Of a DNA stretch of 64,000 bases, positions 19,974 through 29,886 are shown piece by piece. Source of the DNA: Bacilli bacterium. GTDB lineage: Bacteria; Bacillota_I; Bacilli_A; RFN20; CAG-826. The notes under the pieces were generated by a model that was given only the letters and a program-made list of their open reading frames with translations, did no database searches and was not told where the DNA came from. The stretch lies in contig JAVWAV010000002.1 in assembly GCA_036649855.1 (NCBI GenBank), positions 3,186-67,185 of the forward strand, read 5' to 3'. The translations under genes were made by a program, and so were the position numbers. The stretch's first letter is position 1; every line of letters begins with the position of its first letter.

Positions 19974-22392
19974 CTTTAGCCTCTAATTTTTCAAGATGCC
20001 AAATATCCTTGACATATTGTTCGATAGTACGATCACTTGAGAAATATCCACTATTAGCAATATTATGAATACATGCTTTTGCCCATGCTGATTTATTAGC
20101 ATAAAGAGCTTGAACTTTTTCATGTGCTTCAACGTAACCATGGAAATCTTTAAGTAAGAAGAATTGATCATTTCTAGACATTAATTCATCGAAAATAATC
20201 TTAAATCTTTCTTGATTATCTTGTGCCCATGGTCCATTAAATAAACTATTAACAACTTTATTGATAACTGGATCGGTATTATATAAATCCCATGGATTAT
20301 ATGTTCCTGTATTTTCATATGTTTCTACTTCTTTTGCAGTTAAACCAAAGATAATAGCATTTTCTTTTCCAGCTTTTTCAACAATTTCAATATTTGCGCC
20401 GTCCATTGTTCCAAGAGTAATTGCACCATTCATCATAAACTTCATATTAGAAGTTCCTGAAGCTTCATAACCTGCAGTTGAAATTTGTTCACTAACATCA
20501 GCTGCTGGAATTATTTTTTCAGCAAGACTTACACCATAGTTTTCAACAAATACAATCTTAATAAATTTTGAAACTTCTGGATCATTATTAACATAAGAAG
20601 CAACTGAATTAATAAGTTCGATTACTTTTTTAGCGAATAAGTAGGATGGAGCGGCTTTGGCTCCAAAAATAAATGTTGTAGGAATCATTTCAAAATTAGG
20701 ATTTTCTTTAATCTTGTTATATAAATACATAATGTGCAAAATATTCATTAATTGACGTTTATATGCATGTAGTCTTTTTACTTGAACATCGAATATTGAT
20801 GATGGATCAATTTCAATTCCGTACGTATTTTTAACAAATTCGGCAAAATTTCTTTTGTTTTCATGTTTAATTCTTAAAACACGATTTTGTACAACAGCAT
20901 TATCAGCAAATTTATCAAAATCTACTAATTTTTCACTATTTAAAATCCATTCATCTCCAATTTTATCGGTTACAAAGCTTGATAATTTTGGATTAGAGTA
21001 TAAGAACCATCTACGATGGGTGATTCCATTAGTCTTATTGTTAAATTTACGTGGAAATATTTTATAGAAAGATGAAAATGTTGTTGTCTCTAAAATTCTA
21101 GTATGAATTGCAGCAACTCCATTTATCGAAAAACCGGCATAAATTGCCATATTTGCCATATAAACTTGGCCATCTTTAATAATTGCCATATCACGTTTTG
21201 AATTATCATCTACTTTTTTCTCAGATAAGAAAATGTTAAATCTTCTATTAATTTCTTCAATAATCATATAAATTCTTGGTAATAAACGTTGTAATTGGAA
21301 AGTTGGCCATTTTTCAAGAGCTTCAGCTAAAATAGTGTGATTTGTATAGGCAATAGATTTTGTCACTTGTTCCCATGCAAAGTCCCATCCACATCCATAA
21401 CCATCCATCATAATTCTCATCATTTCAGGAATTGCTAAAATTGGATGAGTGTCATTTAATTGGAAAACATATTTTTCAGCAAATCCTTCAAGATTACCAT
21501 GAACGCCATAATAGCTTCTAATTGCACTTTGAAGTCCTGAACTAACGAGGAAATATTCTTGTTTTAAACGTAATAATTTTCCTGCTTCATTTGAATCATC
21601 TGGATATAAACTATGACAAATCATTTTTATTTCGCTTAAATAGTCTTCAAATGACATATTTGTTGGTAAATTGTTGCTACTTGGTTCACTTGACCAAAGT
21701 CTTAAAGTATTGGCTAATTTATTATGATATCCAACAACTGAAATATCATATGGCATAGCTTGAACAGATAAAGAATCAACTAGACGTACAGCAAAAGAAC
21801 CATCTGGTCTAATATATGTTTCAGGTCTACCATAAAATTGAACTTCAACAGCGTGTTTTGGTTTTCTTACTTCCCAAACATTTCCATTAGTTAACCATTG
21901 ATCTGGCAATTCGGTTTGTTTTCCATCAACAAATTTTTGACGGAAAAAACCATATTCATATCTTAAACAGTTACCGTGTCCTGGATAGCCAAGTGAAGCA
22001 ATAGAATCAAGAAAACAAGCAGCTAAACGACCTAATCCGCCATTTCCTAATCCTTCATCGCTTTCTTCATCCTCTAATTCATTTATATCAATATCAAGAT
22101 CAGCAAGACCGTTTTTACATACCTCGTAAATTCCAAGGTTTTGCATATTGTTTACAAGCAATCTTCCCATTAAGAATTCCATTGAAAAATAAATCAATTG
22201 CTTTTTTTCACTTTGAACGATTGAACTTCTAGTGTGTCTCCAGTTAATACCAGCATAATCACGGACTAATTCGCCCAATACATCATATCTTTCACTAATG
22301 TGGGATTCTTTTACAGTTAGGCCATATTTTTCAATAAGTCTATTTTTAAAAGCTTCTTCAAATTTTTCCTTTGTTTTGAATGTGTCGAACAT
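19966..22392 (-). CDS. glgP: Alpha-glucan (glycogen/maltodextrin) phosphorylase, GT35
   Basis: 808 aa with pyridoxal-phosphate signature EASGTSNMKFMMNGA. Confidence 0.9.
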   Translation of the reverse strand: MFDTFKTKEKFEEAFKNRLIEKYGLTVKESHISERYDVLGELVRDYAGINWRHTRSSIVQSEKKQLIYFSMEFLMGRLLVNNMQNLGIYEVCKNGLADLDIDINELEDEESDEGLGNGGLGRLAACFLDSIASLGYPGHGNCLRYEYGFFRQKFVDGKQTELPDQWLTNGNVWEVRKPKHAVEVQFYGRPETYIRPDGSFAVRLVDSLSVQAMPYDISVVGYHNKLANTLRLWSSEPSSNNLPTNMSFEDYLSEIKMICHSLYPDDSNEAGKLLRLKQEYFLVSSGLQSAIRSYYGVHGNLEGFAEKYVFQLNDTHPILAIPEMMRIMMDGYGCGWDFAWEQVTKSIAYTNHTILAEALEKWPTFQLQRLLPRIYMIIEEINRRFNIFLSEKKVDDNSKRDMAIIKDGQVYMANMAIYAGFSINGVAAIHTRILETTTFSSFYKIFPRKFNNKTNGITHRRWFLYSNPKLSSFVTDKIGDEWILNSEKLVDFDKFADNAVVQNRVLRIKHENKRNFAEFVKNTYGIEIDPSSIFDVQVKRLHAYKRQLMNILHIMYLYNKIKENPNFEMIPTTFIFGAKAAPSYLFAKKVIELINSVASYVNNDPEVSKFIKIVFVENYGVSLAEKIIPAADVSEQISTAGYEASGTSNMKFMMNGAITLGTMDGANIEIVEKAGKENAIIFGLTAKEVETYENTGTYNPWDLYNTDPVINKVVNSLFNGPWAQDNQERFKIIFDELMSRNDQFFLLKDFHGYVEAHEKVQALYANKSAWAKACIHNIANSGYFSSDRTIEQYVKDIWHLEKLEAKDV

Positions 22393-22394
22393 AT

Positions 22395-24254
22395 TTAATT
22401 CTCCTTTTTAAATTTAAAAATCATAGCAGCATATGCGCTAATTTTAATTGTAATATGAAATGGTTTATCTTCAGGCCCACCCTGTCCTGTGTGAATTTCT
22501 TCACCGTTATATTGGTTGTTTCCACCATAAACATTTTTATCAGAATTTAATAATTCAACATAAGTTCCTTGACGATTAATGCCAATATCAAAGTACTCGT
22601 AAAAATTTGGAGTCATGTTAAAAACAAATACTAAATGACTATCGCCATATCTTCTTTCAAAGGCAAAAATTGATTGATCGGCATTGTTTGCCATTAACCA
22701 ATTGAAATGCACTGAATTATATTCTTCTTTATTCATAGCATCTTCTGAACGATAAATAAGATTTAAATCACGTAATAAGCGCGAAACAGAATCATGTTTT
22801 GGAAATTGTTTAAGATTCCATGGCAACGATTTTTTCTCATCCCATTCATCCCATGAACCAAGTTCGTTGCCCATAAAATTGAGCTTCTTTCCAGGATGGG
22901 CAAACATATAAGTATATAAATTTCTCAATAAAGCAAATTTAGTATCGTAATTTCCCCACATTTTATTAAGAATGGTTCCTTTACCGTGAACTACTTCATC
23001 ATGTGATAAAGGTAATAAAAAGTTCTCACTGTAAAAATATGCCATTGAGAAAGTCAATTTATAGTGATCATATTTTTTATAAATAGGATCTAATTGATAA
23101 TATTTAAGCGTGTCATTCATCCGTCCTAAATCCCATTTATAGTCAAAATCTAATCCATTTGCCCATAAAGGATGGGTTGTTCCTAAATAATCGGTGCTAT
23201 CTTCAGCAATCATCATAACGGTTGGATGTTCACTGTGTATTTTTCCATTAAGTCTTTTTACAAACTCAACGCCACCATCCCGCGTTCCTCTTGCTTTATT
23301 TCCATCATAGAAAATAATATTACTAACAGCATCAACTCTTATTCCGTCAAAATGGAAATATGAGAGAAAATAATTCATAGAACTCATTAAAAATGAACGA
23401 ACAGGATCTTTGCCTAAATCAAATAAGCAACTACCCCATTGTGAATAAGCTCGGTCGCCATCGCCTTCGTACATATGTGAACCATTAAAATCGATTAAAC
23501 CATATGGATCAATTGCAAAATGAACAGGAGCAAAATCAATAATAACTCCAATTCCTGCTTGATGTAAACGATCAACAAATGACATTAATTGCATTGGATT
23601 GCCATATCTTGAATCTATACTAAAAAATCCAGTTGCTTGATAACCCCATGATCCATCAAATGGATATTGACAAACTGGCATCAATTCAACGTGAGTAAAA
23701 CCATTTTCCTTTATATATGGAATTAACTTTTCAGCAACTTCTTCATATGATAAAAATCTTCCATCATTTTGACCAAACCATGAGCCAACATGCATTTCAT
23801 AAATTGACATTGCAGAATCAAATTCTCTTGTACGTTGCTCTAAAAATGGTTTATCATGCCAAATAAATCCATCAATATCAAATAATCTACTGCTAGAATT
23901 AGGTCTAATCTCTGAGAAAAAAGCAAAAGGATCTGCTTTATCAACGTATTGACCACGCATATTTTTAAAATGAAATTTATATGCTTGATAATTGCTAAGA
24001 TTAGGAATAAATAATTCAAATATTCCTGCTTCATCAATACAATTCATCTTGTGGACACCAGGATCCCAAGAGTTAAATTCTCCAATAACAGAGACGTCCG
24101 AAACTAATGGAGCATACAAACGAAAAATTACACCTTTCGTTGCAACTAATTTGCGACCAACTTTAGTTTTTATTTCGCAAAAATGAGCTCCAAAATAAGA
24201 GAAAGCATCGATTGATTGTCCATTTAAGTAATCATAAACAAGTCCATATGCCAT
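22395..24254 (-). CDS. glgB: 1,4-alpha-glucan branching enzyme (GH13)
   Basis: Catalytic region DGIRVDAVS ... MMIAEDST ... PLSHDEVVHGKG. The track start 24293 is a TTG. The ATG at 24254 (MAYGLVYDY) is preceded by AAGAGG at 8 nt. Confidence 0.85.
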   Translation of the reverse strand: MAYGLVYDYLNGQSIDAFSYFGAHFCEIKTKVGRKLVATKGVIFRLYAPLVSDVSVIGEFNSWDPGVHKMNCIDEAGIFELFIPNLSNYQAYKFHFKNMRGQYVDKADPFAFFSEIRPNSSSRLFDIDGFIWHDKPFLEQRTREFDSAMSIYEMHVGSWFGQNDGRFLSYEEVAEKLIPYIKENGFTHVELMPVCQYPFDGSWGYQATGFFSIDSRYGNPMQLMSFVDRLHQAGIGVIIDFAPVHFAIDPYGLIDFNGSHMYEGDGDRAYSQWGSCLFDLGKDPVRSFLMSSMNYFLSYFHFDGIRVDAVSNIIFYDGNKARGTRDGGVEFVKRLNGKIHSEHPTVMMIAEDSTDYLGTTHPLWANGLDFDYKWDLGRMNDTLKYYQLDPIYKKYDHYKLTFSMAYFYSENFLLPLSHDEVVHGKGTILNKMWGNYDTKFALLRNLYTYMFAHPGKKLNFMGNELGSWDEWDEKKSLPWNLKQFPKHDSVSRLLRDLNLIYRSEDAMNKEEYNSVHFNWLMANNADQSIFAFERRYGDSHLVFVFNMTPNFYEYFDIGINRQGTYVELLNSDKNVYGGNNQYNGEEIHTGQGGPEDKPFHITIKISAYAAMIFKFKKEN

Positions 24255-24497
24255 AATTAATACCTCTTGTTCTTTATAAATTATTATAACCAAATTTTAT
24301 CCAATTAACCATACTAAATAATATATTTTCATCATTTTTTTCTAAGATTCAACTTTTATTATAATATTAAACAAATATGGATAAAATTTGGCGCTTTTAA
24401 GACATATAAAAAATAAATCTCATTTATATTGCGTACTTGTCTTTAATTATTATGTTAAAAAATGTATAATTAAAGAGCAATTTTAAGGAGAAAAATT

Positions 24498-25706
24498 ATG
24501 TACAAAATAATGGCTGTAAACGCTGGAAGTTCTAGTTTAAAATTTAAGCTCTATAATATGCCTGAAGAAGAAACTTTATGTTCAGGAATTTTTGAAAGAA
24601 TAGGGCATGATGATGGTATTTTTACAATTAAATATAATGGGACAAAAGATTCTAAAATTTTACCATTATTAGATCATGCAATATGTGTTGAATTACTTAT
24701 AAAAGCTTTATTAGAAAAGAAAATTATTTCGTCTTTAGATGAAATTAAAGCCACAGGACATCGTATTGTTCAAGGCGGTAAATATTTTGATAAATCTGCT
24801 AAATTTGATAACTATAGTGAAAATTTAATTGAAGCATTAATTCCACTTGCTCCACTTCACAATTCTGCTCACCTTGTTGGACTTAGAGCATTTAGAACAA
24901 AAATGCCTTCAACTCTTGAAACAGTAACATTTGATACTGCTTTCCATCAAACAATGGATGCTCAAGATTATACCTTTGCTATTCCTTATAAATTAGCCGA
25001 AAAATACGATATAAGACGCTATGGCGCTCATGGTACATCCCATAGATACGTCTCTGAAGTTGTAATTAAAGAATATTTAAATAATAAAAAAGACTCAAAA
25101 ATTATTTCTTGTCACTTAGGAAGCGGTTCTTCAATTACAGCTATTAAAAATGGTAAATGCGTTGCTACTTCAATGGGACTTACTCCCCTTGGCGGCGTCG
25201 TAATGGGAACAAGATGCGGCGATATTGATCCATCTGTTTTCAATTTTCTTGTCGCTAAAACTGGTAAATCAGCTGAAGAAATCTACCAAATTCTTAATAA
25301 AGAATCTGGTTTATTAGGAGTTTCTGGCTTATCAAACGATGCCCGTGATATTGAAGAAGGCGTTGAAAAAGGTAATCCAAGAGCAATTCTTGCTCAACAA
25401 CTTTTCGTTAGAAGAGTTGCTGATTATATTGGACAATACTTCGTTCGTTTAGGTGGTTGTGATGCTATTATATTTACAGCTGGCATCGGCGAAAATTCTG
25501 CAATCTTAAGAAAAGAAATCTTAGATGATATCTCTTCTTCACTAAAGATTAAATATGACGTCGAATTAAATGCTAAAACACGTGGATCAAAAACACTTCT
25601 TTCGCTTGATGATAGTGCTATCAAAGTTGTTGTTATTCCAACTGATGAAGAAGTCATCATTGCCCGTGATGCTTATACTATTTTAATGAATAAAAAACTA
25701 GATTGA
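24498..25706 (+). CDS. ackA: Acetate kinase
   Basis: 402 aa with N-terminal VNAGSSSLKF motif. AAGGAG lies 7 nt upstream. The gene ends with TGA, so TGA is a stop in this genome. Confidence 0.9.
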   Translation: MYKIMAVNAGSSSLKFKLYNMPEEETLCSGIFERIGHDDGIFTIKYNGTKDSKILPLLDHAICVELLIKALLEKKIISSLDEIKATGHRIVQGGKYFDKSAKFDNYSENLIEALIPLAPLHNSAHLVGLRAFRTKMPSTLETVTFDTAFHQTMDAQDYTFAIPYKLAEKYDIRRYGAHGTSHRYVSEVVIKEYLNNKKDSKIISCHLGSGSSITAIKNGKCVATSMGLTPLGGVVMGTRCGDIDPSVFNFLVAKTGKSAEEIYQILNKESGLLGVSGLSNDARDIEEGVEKGNPRAILAQQLFVRRVADYIGQYFVRLGGCDAIIFTAGIGENSAILRKEILDDISSSLKIKYDVELNAKTRGSKTLLSLDDSAIKVVVIPTDEEVIIARDAYTILMNKKLD

Positions 25707-25721
25707 TATTATTTTGTTTAA

Positions 25722-25751
25722 TCACAAAACTTTTCTAAAAAAGTTTTGTGA
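25722..25751 (+). other. 12-bp stem-loop after ackA / in the nrnA 5' UTR, without a U-tract
   Basis: CACAAAACTTTT ctaa AAAAGTTTTGTG. Confidence 0.4.
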
Positions 25752-25812
25752 CCGAAAACAAAGTTATTATATACAAACGCACTTAAAGTGCAAGAAAGGT
25801 AAAAAAGACAAG

Positions 25813-26802
25813 ATGGAAAAGAATTTAATCGTCGAACAAACAAAATTGTACAAAACAAAGTACAAACAAATCGTAAAGTTAATTGACAAATACGAAAAGA
25901 TCGCTATTTTTAGACACAAAATCCCTGATTTTGATGCTTTAGGCAGCCAATTAGGATTGATGGAGTTTTTAAAAGAAAAGTTTCCAACAAAGGATATCAA
26001 GGTATTAGGAGAAAATCATCTTAATTTTACTCCAAAATTATACCGCGAAATGGATGTTGTAGATGATTCTTGGTTTGAAACACCATTTTTAGCAATCGTT
26101 GTTGATTGCGGAAACAAAGCAAGAATCTCTGATCAAAGATTTTTAAAAGCATCAGCTCTTATAAAATTTGATCACCATCCAGATGTTGAAAAATTTGGAG
26201 ATGTTTCAATCGTTGATGAAGGACTTGCTGCTGCAAGTGAATTACTCACAAATTTTATTCACTATATTAATAAAGGAAATGTTGTTAATCTTAAATCAGC
26301 ATTCTACTTCTACTCAGGAATCGTTGGAGATTCTGGAAGATTCTTATATTCTTCTACTACTCCGCACACTTTTGCCTGCGCACAATATCTTATTGCTTCA
26401 GGATTAGATACCTCGAATTTATATTTAACAATGTATGAAAAAGATATTAAATCACTTGAAATAACAAAATATATTTTAAATCACTATAAACTTTCAAAAA
26501 ATGGTGTTGCTTATTATATTTTAGGTAAAGAAGCTTTAGAAGAACTTCAATTAGATCAAATTAGTGGAAAAGATTTTGTTAATACTTTTTCAAACTTTAA
26601 AGAAATTCAAATCTGGTGTTCTATTGCTGAAGATACTATCGATAATTGTTGGAGAGTTTCAATTAGAAGTAAAAAAGCCCCAATTAACGAAGTTGCAGCA
26701 AAATGGGAAGGTGGAGGTCACGCTCAAGCTTCCGGATGTAAGATTGCTACACTTGATTTAGTTCCAGACTTTATAAAGGATTTAGACAATTTACTTAAAT
26801 AA
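25813..26802 (+). CDS. nrnA: DHH/DHHA1 phosphoesterase (NrnA-like oligoribonuclease/pAp phosphatase)
   Basis: DHH motif (KFDHHPD) and C-terminal GGGH (DHHA1). The track start 25714 is a TTG; the ATG at 25813 (MEKNLIVEQ) is more plausible. Confidence 0.7.
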   Translation: MEKNLIVEQTKLYKTKYKQIVKLIDKYEKIAIFRHKIPDFDALGSQLGLMEFLKEKFPTKDIKVLGENHLNFTPKLYREMDVVDDSWFETPFLAIVVDCGNKARISDQRFLKASALIKFDHHPDVEKFGDVSIVDEGLAAASELLTNFIHYINKGNVVNLKSAFYFYSGIVGDSGRFLYSSTTPHTFACAQYLIASGLDTSNLYLTMYEKDIKSLEITKYILNHYKLSKNGVAYYILGKEALEELQLDQISGKDFVNTFSNFKEIQIWCSIAEDTIDNCWRVSIRSKKAPINEVAAKWEGGGHAQASGCKIATLDLVPDFIKDLDNLLK

Positions 26803-26808
26803 AAAACA

Positions 26809-29800
26809 ATGAATTATGTACCACTACACATCAATACCGCATACTCATTTTTATCAAGTTCTGTATTAATTGACAAATTGATTTTAAAACTGAAAAAAAT
26901 AAGTATCGATAAATGCGGTATTGCTGATAATGGCACATTGTTTTCATGGCCATCTTTTGATGAAAAATGCCATGAAAACAAAATTAGTCCGCTCTTTGCA
27001 CTTGATGTAAATATTGAAGGAAATTTATTCACGATTTACGCTTCAAATGAAGATGATTATAAACAAATAATTAAAATATCTGAAATAACTGCTAATAGAG
27101 CAGATTTTTCAATAACTTATGATGAAATAAAACATCTTTCTTCTTCTTTGGTTGCCATTATTTCAACCGAATCTGGAAATATATTTTTTAATACTTCTAT
27201 TGATGAAATTAATGAAAATCTAAAAAAATATATTAGATTATTTTCAACTCTTTACGTTGGAATTGAATCTTACTCATTTAATAAGGATAGAGTTAAAATA
27301 ATCAGAGAATTTTTAACTAAATATCCACATGATTTTTTAGCATTTCCACATGTAAAATATCTCAAACCAGAAGATGCTATTTCGCTTAAAATTCTTGATT
27401 GTATCAAAAAAATTGAACATCTCGATTTTGATGCTGAAATTGAAGAATCAGGTGAATATTATTTAAAAGATGAAACAGAAATTAATAAAGATTATTTAGA
27501 AAACGAATTATTAAATACTATTATTTTCTCTAATAAATTTGATTTTAAAATTAATATAAAACGTGGCGAACTTTTAAAATTTAACAACGAAGTTTCGAAA
27601 ACTAGTCTTGCTAGTTTAGTAAACCAGGGGCTTATTGAACTAAAATTAGAGAATAAAAAAGAATACACTTCACGTCTTGATTATGAACTAAATATTATCG
27701 ATAAAATGGGCTATAATGACTACTTTTTAATTGTCCAAGATTATGTGAATTTTGCAAGAAAAAATGGAATTTTAGTTGGTCCTGGAAGAGGCAGTGCTGC
27801 TGGGTCTCTTGTTTCGTATTTATTAAATATTACAAAAGTAGATCCACTTAAATATGATCTGTTATTTGAAAGATTTTTAAATACTGAACGTATTTCTATG
27901 CCTGATATTGATATTGACTTTGAAGACTCAAGACGCGAAGAAATTGTTACCTATCTTAAAGAAAAATATGGTTATGATCGTGTTGCAAACATCGTCACTA
28001 TTCAAACAATTCAAGCAAAACAATCATTGCGTGATTTAGCAAGAGTTTATAGCTTAAATTCTCGTGATATAGACGATCTTTGCAAACTTTTAACGAATAA
28101 TAAATTTTCGCTTATGCAATCATATAAAAATATTGAAGTTTTTAGAAATAAAATAAATGCCGATGAATATTATCAAAAAATCTTCAAACTTGCTCTTAAA
28201 ATAGAAAATTGTCCACGTCAACACGGACTTCACGCAGCAGGAATTATTTTAAACAACAAAGAATTAGAAACATCTCTTCCTATATTTTATGATGAAAATA
28301 TTAAATCAAATATTACACAATATGAAATGGGATTTTTAGAAAAACAAGGTTTTCTAAAAATGGATTTATTGGGATTAACAAATCTTTCTACGATTCAATT
28401 TATTTTGCAACTTATTAAGCGCAATCGCAATATTGATTTAGCGTTTGATGATATACCAATTGATGATCCTATTATATTTGATGGACTAATAAATAAACTG
28501 ATGACAAATGGAATATTTCAACTCGAATCTGCAGGCATGAATAACGCAATTGCTCAAGTTAAACCAACATGTTTTAACGATATCACTGCAATTCTCGCAT
28601 TATTTAGACCAGGACCAATGGCAAACATTCCTATTTATGCTGAAAGAAAAAATAAACATACAAAGATTTCTTATATTGTTCCTGAATTAGAACCTATCTT
28701 AAAACCAACTTATGGCATCATTATTTATCAAGAACAAATAATGCAAATTGCTCAAAAGATTGCTGGTTTTTCACTTTCAGAAGCAGATATATTACGTAAA
28801 GCAATTTCAAAGAAAAATGCTTCACAAATGGAATCTCTTAAAGCTAAATTTATCAAAGGCGCTATCGCAAACAATTACACTAACGAAAAAGCTAAAGAGT
28901 TATATTTGCTCATTGAAAAATTTGCACTTTACGGCTTTAATAAATCACACTCTGTTGCTTATGCAATGGTTTCAACAAAGATGGCATATTTAAAAGCTAA
29001 ATATCCAGAAGAATTTTATATTGCTATATTAAGCAGTGTAGTTGGTACAAATGATGCAAAATTCAAAAATTACTTAACAGAAATGAGTAAGAGAAACATT
29101 AATATTTCTACTCCTTCTATCAATAAATCACAAAAAATATTTTCTATTAATAATGGAAAGCTTATTATGCCATTAAGCACAATTAAAGGCTTAATGTCTA
29201 CAACTACAGATGCAATTCTTTATGAAAGAACTCAAAACGGTGAATTTAAAGACTTTTATGGTTTTGTTTATCGTATGTTTGATTATACTTTAACAGAACC
29301 AACACTTGAAAAACTTATAAAATCAGGTTGTTTTGATGAGTTTACAACAAATAGAGCAGCATTACTTGCCGCTATAAAAGATATATTACGCGCTGTCTCA
29401 TTGGAAAAGAAAACTAAGGGTCAATGTTCGATTTTTGGAGATAATTTTACGTATAATTTAGATCTTGTCGAAGATATAATGCAAAGAAGCAAAGACGAAA
29501 ATGATTTATTAGGAATAATGGTTACTAATAATCCACTTGCAACCATTAAAGCTGAAAATAAAAATATAATATCAACGCCTATCAGTGAATTCGTTGACTC
29601 AATGAACGTTACTTTATTTGCATTTATTGAATCAAAAAAAATAATCACTACAAAATCGACAAATAAACAAATGGCTTTTTTAACGGTATTTGATGAATTT
29701 AATACTAAAATTGATGTAACTATATTTCCTAATCTATATACAACTAGTGCAGAAATTATTTCTAAAAATAATATAGTTTTAATTAAAGGACATACTGAAG

Positions 29801-29886
29801 TCGGTAATCGTGGAATTCAATTAATCGCAGATGAGATTAAACTTATTAAAGAGGATAAAAATGATGAAAAAAATTATAATAATTGA
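26809..29886 (+). CDS. dnaE: DNA polymerase III alpha subunit, DnaE-type
   Basis: 1025 aa with N-terminal PHP domain and polymerase core (GIIIYQEQIMQIA, LYGFNKSHSVAYA). Confidence 0.9.
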   Translation: MNYVPLHINTAYSFLSSSVLIDKLILKLKKISIDKCGIADNGTLFSWPSFDEKCHENKISPLFALDVNIEGNLFTIYASNEDDYKQIIKISEITANRADFSITYDEIKHLSSSLVAIISTESGNIFFNTSIDEINENLKKYIRLFSTLYVGIESYSFNKDRVKIIREFLTKYPHDFLAFPHVKYLKPEDAISLKILDCIKKIEHLDFDAEIEESGEYYLKDETEINKDYLENELLNTIIFSNKFDFKINIKRGELLKFNNEVSKTSLASLVNQGLIELKLENKKEYTSRLDYELNIIDKMGYNDYFLIVQDYVNFARKNGILVGPGRGSAAGSLVSYLLNITKVDPLKYDLLFERFLNTERISMPDIDIDFEDSRREEIVTYLKEKYGYDRVANIVTIQTIQAKQSLRDLARVYSLNSRDIDDLCKLLTNNKFSLMQSYKNIEVFRNKINADEYYQKIFKLALKIENCPRQHGLHAAGIILNNKELETSLPIFYDENIKSNITQYEMGFLEKQGFLKMDLLGLTNLSTIQFILQLIKRNRNIDLAFDDIPIDDPIIFDGLINKLMTNGIFQLESAGMNNAIAQVKPTCFNDITAILALFRPGPMANIPIYAERKNKHTKISYIVPELEPILKPTYGIIIYQEQIMQIAQKIAGFSLSEADILRKAISKKNASQMESLKAKFIKGAIANNYTNEKAKELYLLIEKFALYGFNKSHSVAYAMVSTKMAYLKAKYPEEFYIAILSSVVGTNDAKFKNYLTEMSKRNINISTPSINKSQKIFSINNGKLIMPLSTIKGLMSTTTDAILYERTQNGEFKDFYGFVYRMFDYTLTEPTLEKLIKSGCFDEFTTNRAALLAAIKDILRAVSLEKKTKGQCSIFGDNFTYNLDLVEDIMQRSKDENDLLGIMVTNNPLATIKAENKNIISTPISEFVDSMNVTLFAFIESKKIITTKSTNKQMAFLTVFDEFNTKIDVTIFPNLYTTSAEIISKNNIVLIKGHTEVGNRGIQLIADEIKLIKEDKNDEKNYNN

